From Octopus vulgaris (taxonomy: Eukaryota), in contig OX597828.1 of the NCBI GenBank assembly GCA_951406725.2, forward strand, positions 15,748,001 through 15,812,000: a stretch of DNA of 64,000 nucleotides. Direction: 5' to 3'. The notes under the pieces are model-generated. The model was given only the letters and a program-made list of their open reading frames with translations, was not told the origin of the DNA and did not search any database. Positions 53,619 through 64,000 of the stretch are shown here, piece by piece (within the stretch, counting starts at the first letter, position 1; the number at the start of each line of letters is the position of its first letter). The position numbers and the translations under genes were made by a program.

Positions 53619-54104
53619 GTGCAATATGGTCTCATTGTTAAAAATTTCATTTTGCAATCATGAGGTCCTGAGAGTGCTCACCCTGCGTGGCATTTTCTAT
53701 GGTCTTGGGTTGGCCTATACTTTGTAAGTGAGATTGGGTTGAATGAAACTGTTGAAGTCTGTTGAGGTATATTGTCTTGCTAACTCATAAGTCTAGTCAT
53801 GTTACACTGTCATACAGATTCTACCTGAGATTTATATCAAGGTTACATGAGCATGGTAGTCTAGTTGATTGAACTATAGAAACACATGGGCAGAAATTTT
53901 GAGAGTGAGAGAGAGAGATGTCGTTGTTACTCTCCACTAACTTACACAAAATGTCTAAGCAATCACTGTATCTGCCTGCTTGAATTATTTCTTACATATG
54001 AGGTTAGGACCTAGATAATATCATCTACTAATTTGCTAAGTTGACTGGGACCTGGCCTTGAATAATAGACCTGTGTTGTAAAAGCATTCTTAATAATTAA
54101 TAAT

Positions 54105-54240
54105 AGGCATAGGCATGACTTTGTGGTTCAGTCCCATTGTGTGGGACCTTGGGGAAGAGCCTTTTGTAGCCTCAGGCCAATCAAAGCCTTGCAAGTGGAT
54201 TTAGTAGACAGAAACTGAAAGAAGTCTATTGTATATATAA

Positions 54241-54291
<51 letters not shown>

Positions 54292-54301
54292 AATGTGTAT
54301 G

Positions 54302-54363
<62 letters not shown>

Positions 54364-54590
54364 ATATGCATGTGTGTGTTTGTGTTTGTCCCCCACCACT
54401 GCTTGACAACTGTTGTTTGGTGTGTTTACAACCCCCGTAACTTAGCTTTTCAGTTAAAAAGATTGATAGAATAAGTGTCAAGTTTTAACAGCTAAAAAGT
54501 GCTGGGGTCAATTCACTTGACAAAAAGTTCTTCAAAAGGCTGTGCCCCAGCATGGCCACAGTCTGATGATCGAAACAAGTAAAAAAAATA
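54105..54590 (+). mobile_element. SINE family A copy, CpG-decayed
   Basis: GGTTCAGTCCCATTGTGTGG...GTAGACAGAAACTGAAAGAAG...CCCCAGCATGGCCACAGTC. Confidence 0.75.
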
Positions 54591-56355
54591 TAAAAGAATA
54601 TATTTGTAATTTGTAAAGTAAGATATATTTGTGTGTTATGAGGAAAAATTGTGATTTGCGGGGCCGTCTTAGCACCTTTATAAGCTCCAGGCTAATCAAT
54701 GCACTGGCCCCTATAGTGTTTATTTATTGATGGCAAGCTACAGCAGTCATTGGTCAGAATTAGGCTTCTGGGTGTCTAGTGTCTCCGTCTCTTAAGACCA
54801 CTGATGTTTTGGACCTAGTGCTTTGAATTTGGAAGGTAAGGTGTTGATTAGTGATGGTCAAGTTGTCTAGCCATCATCAGCTTGAATCAATCTATGGCGT
54901 GAATGTCATGTTAGATGACAGAGTGAGAAGAAATATAGATTTAATTCCTCCATATACAAGGTAAAGAGTATCGCTAATGGGGACTGCAATGTTCAATAAT
55001 ACAATATAGTGGAAACCACTTTACTGAAATCATCAAAGTGAATTGAAAATATTACTTACCTGACGTTTTGTTTTTATGCTTTTATAAGCTAACAGAATTA
55101 TGGATGAGCAAACATGCAAGAATTGATGAATATTTGTATTGGGTGTTTTGAGTTTTCACGTGTTTACTTGAAGAATTGCATGTAAAATCTAGATGTTATT
55201 GTTGTTGCTCCTCTATTTGCTTTATGAAAGCGAACCCATGAGCAAAGGTTTTTCTATTAGTGACCATCCCTTCTCTTTTCCTGACAGTTTATCTAGGGTT
55301 ACATTATTTAATCTGTCTTTTTTTTTTTAAGATGATAAGGTGTGACAGGAGAGAGATATAACTGTTATTTCTAGCATATGAAGTGACTGCATAGATATTC
55401 CCTCATTGGTTCAGCTATCTCAAGCTGCAGTGTACTGACTAGTTCACATCGTAGATTCATATCATTGTATTTACATTTTAAGAACTAACCAGATTTTTGA
55501 GATGAGATGATGAGGCCCTATGTGATACTATTGTTGAACCTGCAAGAAATAGCAGTCAAATCTTCTTAAAAATCAAACCTCAATGTTTTAAATAAGGAAA
55601 GGATACATTGGATAATGAAGGCTCACATAACCCTGTAAAAGGCAGGGTGGTCACTGTTAGATTTTCCATCACCATAAGCCTGCTTAATCTGAGTTTATTT
55701 CAAAAAGTTAAAATATATAAACTGCAACATTACTTTACTTCACATCCTGTTGGCGTATTTGCTGACTAATATCTAAAAGGAAGGTGAATAGAAGAAATAT
55801 TTAACCCTTCTGATATCAACCTGAGACCATCTTTAATTGTACATCCTGCTTTGAAGTGAACCAAATTAAAAACTTTCTTTGAAATTTCATGTTAATTTAT
55901 GTTTCAAACAACAGCTAAATAATGATTGTTATTTTAAATAAATTCTTTAATATTTTTGAAGCAAATTGGGGGGAAAAAAAAAAAAAGGGCCATGTATTTC
56001 AACAGAAATATGGTAATGAGAGGGTGTGTGTGTGTGTATAGATTTTTGAAATAAAAGTCCAAATGTGATTTCTTTATTACATAAATTTAAATATTTATTT
56101 AAATTTTGTTGTTTAGATCCAAATCATCTTTGACTCATCAGATTTATAATGAAAGGTATTCCAATTGCGACTATCCTTCCTTTGGGCATTGCATGTCTAA
56201 TATTTTATTATCCAATATCCCCAGTTTCGAGGTGGTAGTAATTTAGAGAGAACCTTAGCTGTTGTTTCTAGGAGATTGAGTGCCCCTATAGAGACTGCTG
56301 GTATTGGCTTTAAGTTTTGTTTTGTTTTTCTCTGCAAGTGTCCTTGTTTGCTTAA

Positions 56356-56539
56356 CCCTTTAGTGTTCAGATTATTCACATTGATTTGAATTAATCATGC
56401 ATTATCCCATATCTTCAAGATCTTGATGGGGTAATTACTTAATGTAGAATAACATTGTAGGGTAGGTGTGAGAGCCTGGATCTGGTCAGTTTGAACATAA
56501 AACAGATTAAATATTTTGGCCGGTTTAAATACTAAAGGG
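56356..56539. mobile_element. piggyBac-like MITE
   Basis: TTAA|CCCTTTAGT...ACTAAAGGG|TTAA. Confidence 0.8.
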
Positions 56540-56771
56540 TTAATCATAAATGAGTTACGATCAAAGGTATTCCAGCCATGACCATCTCATCTATTTGTAT
56601 ATTTTTTGTTTATTGCTGAAGGACAGTAGCGATGTGATTATTTTAAAAATGAATAAATGTAGTATTTCAACAAATATGGTAACAAAAGTGTTAAAGGTGA
56701 AAACCATATTGCTCACTCTGATATATTGGTCATATAAGGCGTATGCCTCGTATAATAAATATTTCATAACA

Positions 56772-57151
56772 CTAGCAGTATCGCCCGGCGTTGCTCGGGT
56801 TTGTTTCGACCCTTTAGAATTGGAATTTTTGAAAAGTAAAAATTTTGCATTGTGTAGCTTCTTATTCTCTTTAAGTGAACATCTTTCTGGTTGAAATGCA
56901 CCGAAAAATGGTGACACAGCAGTCAAAGAATCGTAAAAAAATAGCGATTTTCATAGAAAAGAAGCACCTTTTTGATGTAAATAATCTTTGGTGTTAACAT
57001 GGTCCGATTTGAATTTTTTCTTCTACAGAAGGGAAGAGCAAGCCTTCTTCTATCATACTCTCAATTTTGGTCAACTTGTACCACAGGGTCTCAGAGGAGA
57101 TAGTGTTAGTTGAAGGCTATCAAACGTGCCATACACAGACAACTTCAGCTT

Positions 57152-57189
<38 letters not shown>
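56772..57189 (-). mobile_element. Non-autonomous Helitron
   Basis: The minus strand starts A|TC(TC)nTATATA...AAGCTGAAGTTGTC and ends with a GC-rich hairpin CCCGAGCAACGCCGGG followed by CTAG|T. It is inserted in an AT dinucleotide with no TSD. Confidence 0.8.
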
Positions 57190-58367
57190 TCAGGAGTGGG
57201 GTGAGGGTGGGGGGGCATAAATTTGAAAGAAAATGCTCAAATTTAGTTGACTGCTATTTGATTTCAGGTTATGATATTAGTCAGGAAATTATTTTCTATT
57301 ACTGTTATATTGTTTTTATTAACTATTCTAAGGTGGGGGCATTCTTTATAATCTTCACTGACCATTTCAGATTAGATCAGTGGGTCACAGTATGGTCCAG
57401 GTGAACCACTAGTATTCCATACAAAATTTTTGCTGGTCCATTTCAAGTTTAAGAAGAAACAAGCTGCTAATTTTTTTTACATGAGACAATCTAATCTAAA
57501 CTATAAATCATTTAAAAGTTAATTTACATGTATAATTATATAATGCATGAGTGTTTTCTCCATTTAAAATATCCATGTTCTGTGTTGTTGTGTAATGTAG
57601 TTAAAATAATTGAATGTGCAGAACAGCATGACTCAGGGTTTTGGGATAGACTGCAAAACTTTACTGATGTCACATGATAATGATATTTATATTTTAATTA
57701 AATGATAAATGATGAAGGGCTTTTTCTCACTCTATTTCAGTTTTGTATTATCTGCTAATTATATAATTAATATGCTTGGCTTTTAATTTATCTTGAAATT
57801 TTTGTTATTTTAAAAAATGCTCCACCACACACATATATGTTAACTAAATTAATCCCCTAAATCAAATTTAAATATTTTGTTCATTTTATCAGTTTTTAAA
57901 CACTTACAAGAAAAGAAATATGTTAAAAATATTTGGAAAAGACAATTATGAGTTTGAAGTTTTTGCTAACCTCCCACTATATTAATTAGCGTAGGTTGAA
58001 AAGTACAGTGAACAAGTAAGAGCTTAATAAGTATTATAGTGTATTATGAGTATTTCTAAAACTTTGTTGAAGATTTATGAATGAAACTGTCTTCTATTAA
58101 AATGCTATATTTTAACATCAATATCACTGTTGTTAAACTTTAAAGGATATTTGGTTGGAGGGAGGGGAGGGTGTTAGTATTTTGGTTTTCTTCTCAAAAA
58201 AGGGGAAATGATGTCGAGAAACTGACAACAACAATCGTTTGTATGATCATCTTCAAGTTTGGTAACTTCAGTAGTATCAGACAGCAACACCAAAACTGTG
58301 TGCCTGAATCCTGCCTACGAGAAAACCTTTGTGATTGTTTGCTTGGCTTACTAAAAATAGCTGGCAT

Positions 58368-58421
<54 letters not shown>

Positions 58422-59372
58422 TATAAAAATTGGGTAATGTGGTTCTTGATACATATGGAAAAAAAATAAGGTGAGTTAGTCATGGCTGGAAGTCTCTTGA
58501 TTATTAGTATGTTTGATTAGGGCTGAACCTCCAGCTAAACAACAACAACAGCTGCTGCTGCTTCTACTGTTACTACAACTACTGTACCTGAAGTACACTG
58601 AAGCGTTGAACAAGCCTTGATTGATAGTCTTTTTATAGCAAGCATTGTAGTGTCACCAAAGACTGGGTGTTTGGAATTGCTTCTGCTGCATTCTTAGCAA
58701 TACCATATTCTAATTTCCCATTACAGTCTTTGCAGGCCTTCTTCTTCGTTGCATATATGTTACAAGATTAAAAACAGTTTCTTTCCTCGGTTTCATTCGT
58801 TCTTTCTCTCTTCCGTCTTTCTAATGAAAACTTTACACGTGAGATATTTCAGCTATCTCAGCAGTTAGTCATCATAATATAATCACTAACATACTTCAAA
58901 CATCGAGGAATATGTTGAAGTTAATTTAGAAAAAAAAAAAAAAAAAAATTCTTCTATAATTTTATCTTCATTATCATTTTACTGTAATGATATTAAGGGT
59001 GGGGGTAGTATTTGAAGTGTGTATGTGTGTGTGTGTGTGTATCTTTATCCTCATAGTACTGTAGGAAGGTAATAAATATATAATCAATTTCTAATGTTTG
59101 AAGAAATGGATAAATTAGATTATTTTTTTTTCAATTTATTTTTCTTTTTATAAATTAAGCTTTTTTTTTTTCTTAATGAGGTTGTGATGAACTTTAAAAA
59201 AACATAGGCTTGTCTGTGTGATTAAGATGACTAATTTGGGAAACTGTCTTCTCTTTGAGCCTCTGGCCAATCAAAGTCTTGTGAATGAATTTGGTAGATG
59301 AAAACTGAAAGAATCCTGTTGTGTGTGTGTGTATAAAGTATGTATAAATGCTAATGTGTGTGTGTGTGTATG

Positions 59373-59404
<32 letters not shown>

Positions 59405-59406
<2 letters not shown>

Positions 59407-59780
59407 TGCATGTGTTATGTGACTAGTAAAAAGCTTGCTTCTCAACCACATGGTTCTAGGTTCAGTTCCATTGCATGGCACTTTGGGCAAATGTCTTCTA
59501 GAGCCCTAGGCCAACCAAAGCCTTGTGAATTTGGTAGATGAAAGCTGAAGGAAGCCTGTTTGTGTGTGTGTGTCGTGTTTGTCCCCCCATTACCTCTTGA
59601 CAATCAGTGTTGGTGTGTTTATGTCCCCATAACTTAGCAGTTCGGCAAAAGTGATTGATAAAATAAGTTCTAAGCTTTATAAAAAAATGTACTGGGGTCA
59701 ATTCAATTGACCAAAAATTCTTTTAGTTGGTGCCCCAGCATGGCCACAGTCTAATAACTGAAACAAGAAGATAAAAGATA
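59405..59780 (+). mobile_element. SINE family A copy
   Basis: AGCTTGCTTCTCAACCACATGGTTCTAGGTTCAGTTCC...GAAACAAGAAGATAAAAG. Confidence 0.75.
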
Positions 59781-60461
59781 TATAGAGTAGTTGTATATTG
59801 TCAACTTAATGTGACAGTCCCATGAAGGGAATCACACCACTGCTATTTAGCCCTAGGAAGCATCAACGCTTCCTGTCAGCCGTGACACATTTCCTGTGTC
59901 CTTATGTTTACAAGGGGGATTTGTTTACTATCTTCTGTGAAAACATGTCCATTGAAATGTTTGTTTGGAAGGAGTAAGAGAAATATTACCTTGCACGGAA
60001 ACAGATGAAGACTAGTGACAAGAAGAACATCTGTTTCACTGAATTTCTTTTTCATCCCCTGGAGTGTGGAAAAGCGGATGTCAAAGCAATGATGATGATC
60101 AAACCATTCCAGTATGTCTCTGTTGCTTATGTGTGTCTGTGAGGGCACTCCTAGGCATGTGGTCCACCACTCCATATAAATCAACTACCTTCACCTGCTT
60201 TCCGGTTATAAGAATATTATGTTAGCTGAGAACTTTAAAAAAAAAAAAATCAGGGAACTTTTACGTAGTTGCCCAATGTGCTTAAAACAACAACCATTTT
60301 CTCTATCAAACCAAACTGTCTTAAAAAAGAAAGTAGGCACATTGGATAAGACAGGGTGGTTAATTGGAATATGCCAGCCTCTTCCGGCCCCTGTGCCGGT
60401 GGCACATAAAAAATACCCACTACACTCACGGAGTGGTTGGCGTTAGGAAGGGCATCCAGCT

Positions 60462-60883
60462 GTAGAAACACTGCCAGAACAGACTGGAGCCTGGTGCAGC
60501 CTCCTGGCTTCCTAGACCCTGGTCGAACCGTCCAACCCATGCTAGCATGGAAAACGGACGTTAAACGGTGATGATGATATTTGCTCAATGTAGGTACACC
60601 TGCGTCTAAATGCTGTAGCAGTCACCACCATGCTTAGACTCTAAGCTGGAGATCGTTGAATTAAGCTGAAGTAGAAACACTGCCAGAACAGAATGGAGCC
60701 TGGTGCAGCCTCCTGGCTTCCTAGACCCTGGTCGAACCGTCCAACCCATGCTAGCATGGAAAACGGACGTTAAACGATGATGATGACATTTGCTCAATGT
60801 AGGTACACCTGCGTCTAAATGCTGTAGCAGTCACCACCATGCTTAGACTCTAAGCTGGAGATCGTTGAATTAAGCTGAAGTAG
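60462..60883. repeat. 209-bp tandem duplication with GTAG microhomology
   Basis: GTAG at 60462, 60671 and 60880 delimits two near-identical units. Confidence 0.95.
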
Positions 60884-61304
60884 TTATATATTTCAGCCTA
60901 GTATTTTTATTGTAGAAGTGAACTGGTTGTGTGGCTATGATTATCCACACAACTGGTTTACCAACTCATAGATTGTGGGTTCATATGAGACATAAAGGAT
61001 AGTATTTTGTCTTGGGTAAAGAAACTGTAAATATAACACAATCTTTACAATACAACCCAGTGCCTTTGTTAGTCCATTACTTTCACCATTCAATAACTAA
61101 TAACATGCTGAAAATATCACACTTCATTAGTCTCTATTAGAAATTTATGACCATTATTAATTTTCCTGACATTAACTGTTAATTGGTATAGACATCATTG
61201 CTTGTGTGTGTGTATATATATATATATATCATTAATATTAGGAGAATGTAAATGGCCAGAAATGTAATTAAGTAAATATAAATTGTTTTGATAAATATCT
61301 ATTG

Positions 61305-61364
<60 letters not shown>

Positions 61365-61454
61365 GTGTGTGTGTGTATATATATATGGTAACAAATCAAC
61401 ACACAAGAAAAAGCACTCAATACGAGTAGTGGAGTATAATTAATTTAATTGTTG

Positions 61455-61560
61455 AAGCCATTAGTCTTGAGTGATCACATACACTTCATCAAAAGTATTG
61501 TTCTGCTATGGCTGCTGTTTGATGAAGTGAATATATTCAGAAAATCAAGAGTAATGGCTT
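61455..61560. repeat. Decayed palindrome containing a degenerate hammerhead fold (61514-61558, +)
   Basis: AAGCCATTAGTCTTGA...CACTTCATCAAA versus TTTGATGAAGTG...TCAAGAGTAATGGCTT. The fold reads GCUGU UUGAUGA AG UGAAU au AUUCA GAAA aucaaga GUA AUGGC. Confidence 0.55.
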
Positions 61561-62612
61561 ATGACTTAAGCCAACAAGAAATACAAATACCTACATGTGT
61601 GTGTGTGAAATATATATATATAATGTACAAAAAATCTTTGCAAAAATAAATGCAATTTTTATATAAATTTTTGAAATCTAGACATTTTTACTGTGAACAT
61701 AGACATATATGACAGTACACACACACACACAATCAATCAATCAATCATCATCATTGTTTTAAGTCCAATTTTTCTTGCTATCATGGATTGAATGGGTTGT
61801 GTCAGCATAGCATCTCACGACTTGTTGGTGTGTGTGTGTGTGCATGCATGTGCATATATGTAGTAGATATATGAATTGCATTTAAAGTTTTAAAAAATTC
61901 ATATAAGCACTCTAAACAGCATTAGATTAACATAACAATGAATATATAACATATCTACAAACGTATACTAACACCTGCTGTAAGATTTTGTCATTTAAAA
62001 CGACTTCTCTTTAGAGACTCTGACTTTGTGAGACAAAATCTTCCAGATAGTGCTGTTCTAATTTAGGTGTTCATTACCAATGATATATGCATCGTTATTT
62101 CAAAAAAATTAGTTGATATAAAGTAATGATCTCCACCTCTTTTACACTACTTAATTACTTAATATGATTGCTTTGAGTTATGTGGCATAACTAATTAAAC
62201 TCTTCTGAGACTGCCCCTAGCAGTATGTTACAATCTTCCTGTTTTAAATTGCTTTAAATAAAAAAAAAACTTCCATCAAAACGTTAATTTATGCTCCAAA
62301 CACTTAGCAGGTTTACTTAAATTCTTTTACTCCAGTTATTTTCTTCATTAAGTTCGAAATTAATTTAAACCAAGCAGTGTATTTTAACAGAAATAGAGAA
62401 ATAAAAGGATTAAAAATTTAATTTTCCAGTTTATAAGCATGCTAACATTATAAAATGACTGTTAAAACTGTGATAACTTCGTTTAACCGTTTAGTAATTA
62501 AACTAGTCAAATCTGGCCTCTTGAACATGCTTGACAATGTCATTCAAAGTATAAACAATTGGATTATCGAAATCTCAAAGCTATGAGACAAAGCATAATA
62601 AATTCAGAACTA

Positions 62613-62955
62613 TTCTTTTATTTGTTTCAGTCATGCTGAAGCATCAATTTGAAGGGTTTTAGTTGAACAAATCGACCCCAGCACTTATTTTTTTTTAAAG
62701 CTTAGTACTTATTCTATCTGTCACTTTTGCCGAACTGCTAAGTTATGGGGGCGTAAACACACCAACACTGGTTGTCAAGCGGTGATGAGGGAACAGACAC
62801 ACACTAGCTATACATATATACATACATACATAGATAATATAAAACAGGCTTCTTTCAGTTTCCATCTACTAAATCTATTCGCAAGGCTTTGGTTGGCCTA
62901 TAGTAGAAGACACTTGCCCAAAGTTCCACACAGTGGGACTGAACCCGGAACCATG
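62613..62955 (-). mobile_element. SINE family A nested in a piggyBac-like MITE (~62485-63000)
   Basis: The flanks resemble the 17217-17425 MITE (...ACAATGTCATTC...ATCGAAA / AATAAGCATTA..TTTGA.AG.GTAAT.T.AATGCTAG). Confidence 0.65.
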
Positions 62956-63169
62956 TGAATAAATAAGCATTAGCTTTGATAGAGTAATCTGAATGCTAGA
63001 AGATTAAGGGGTGTTGCTTTTGTTGACATGAATAGGCTGAGATGAGGAAGTATTTGATTAACAACTCAAAAATTGGTAGCTCATATCTATCTACTCCAGT
63101 TATTCTGTTGTGTTTCATGACAAGAGATTTAAATTCTTTGTAGCTATAGTGTTGCAGTGGTAGGACTTC

Positions 63170-63690
63170 TACACGGTCACTTGACCAGTTGGAAATAACA
63201 GCCAAATTCTCTCACATTCTATAAAGACAACATGGTCATGACAAAGACACTTTTGAGCATAGTTCTGCTCAGTTAGGGCTTACTTGGGATTGAACAACTT
63301 AGTTGTTGCCATTGTAGGTGTTTGGTTGATCTGCTTGAAATGGCAGCCAGGTATCAATCAGATCGCATTCTGTGGTCTTAAAAATGAAGGCATTTTCATG
63401 ACAAGAATACCGTTGATAATTAGTTTTGGTCAGTGAGTGCTAACCTGGGGCTAAACAGCAGCTTAACTGTAGGTAATGGGGAGATAGGTGGTGTTTGATT
63501 TTCTGTTGGTTGACCTGCTGGAAATAGCAGCTAAATTTTCCTTCAGTCACACTGTACAATCAGCAAAATTGAACACACTGGACAATGTATTCTTGGATAT
63601 ACAAAATGATGGGATGGTCACTGTTAAAATATCTTTAAGCCCTTGGTCAACTTGATCATAGTTGGTCAGGGGCTAAAAAAATAACAATAA
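63170..63690 (+). repeat. Tandem cluster of an abundant dispersed repeat (family D: GAAATAGCAGCCAAAT...GGATGGTCAC...GGGGCTAAACAAC)
   Basis: Three copies here. Many others occur across the window, e.g. ~3120-3370, 10290-10515, 47970-48180 and 58330-58550. Confidence 0.6.
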
Positions 63691-64000
63691 CTATATTTGA
63701 TGGCATGTAAGCCTTTTTTTCTCCCCACCAAAAATGTCTAAAACAAAATTACCCTGAGTCCTTAATGTGAAGTTGGGCTTCTCATGAAGCTAATTTGATC
63801 CCTGATGCTCTTTTACTTGAAAATCTGCTGCTGAAATTGGGGTGCAGCTAATCAGCCTGTGTATCTTTTATGCCATCACATATGGTAGTTGTAAGAAATA
63901 GATGCCAAACATCTGAGAAAGTCACCAGCTGTTGTAGAAGATTGTCCAATCCCTGGAAAGATGTCGCATTTGACTAATGTTAGGAAACCCAACAGCTTTG

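Overview
AT-rich, repeat-dense eukaryotic DNA. It is most likely from an octopod cephalopod (Octopus sp.), judged from my recall of the SINE families, not from a database search. No long ORF is real: almost all tracked ORFs are microsatellite or SINE read-throughs. The window holds the probable 5' end of an unidentified + strand gene: an NRF1/Inr/YY1 promoter at ~27.7 kb, a short first exon, two frame-preserving microexon candidates (9 and 27 nt) and a 75-nt exon at 42910-42984. CpG drops sharply after ~33.5 kb, consistent with gene-body methylation. Repeats include several tRNA-derived SINE families, two CR1-type LINE 3' fragments, piggyBac-like MITEs, two 8-bp-TSD (Merlin-like) MITEs carrying TTAGGG repeats, a non-autonomous Helitron, a degenerate ~43-bp minisatellite and two tandem duplications. 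The most striking signal is a set of at least five minimal type I hammerhead-ribozyme folds plus decayed copies, with atypical cores (U4C, A6U, an extra A after A9). They sit in short Penelope-like fragments, mostly within (TA)n. One is a 147-bp TSD-flanked insertion, and one lies in a near-perfect palindrome ~150 nt upstream of the 75-nt exon, within a cluster of four fold-back hairpins.
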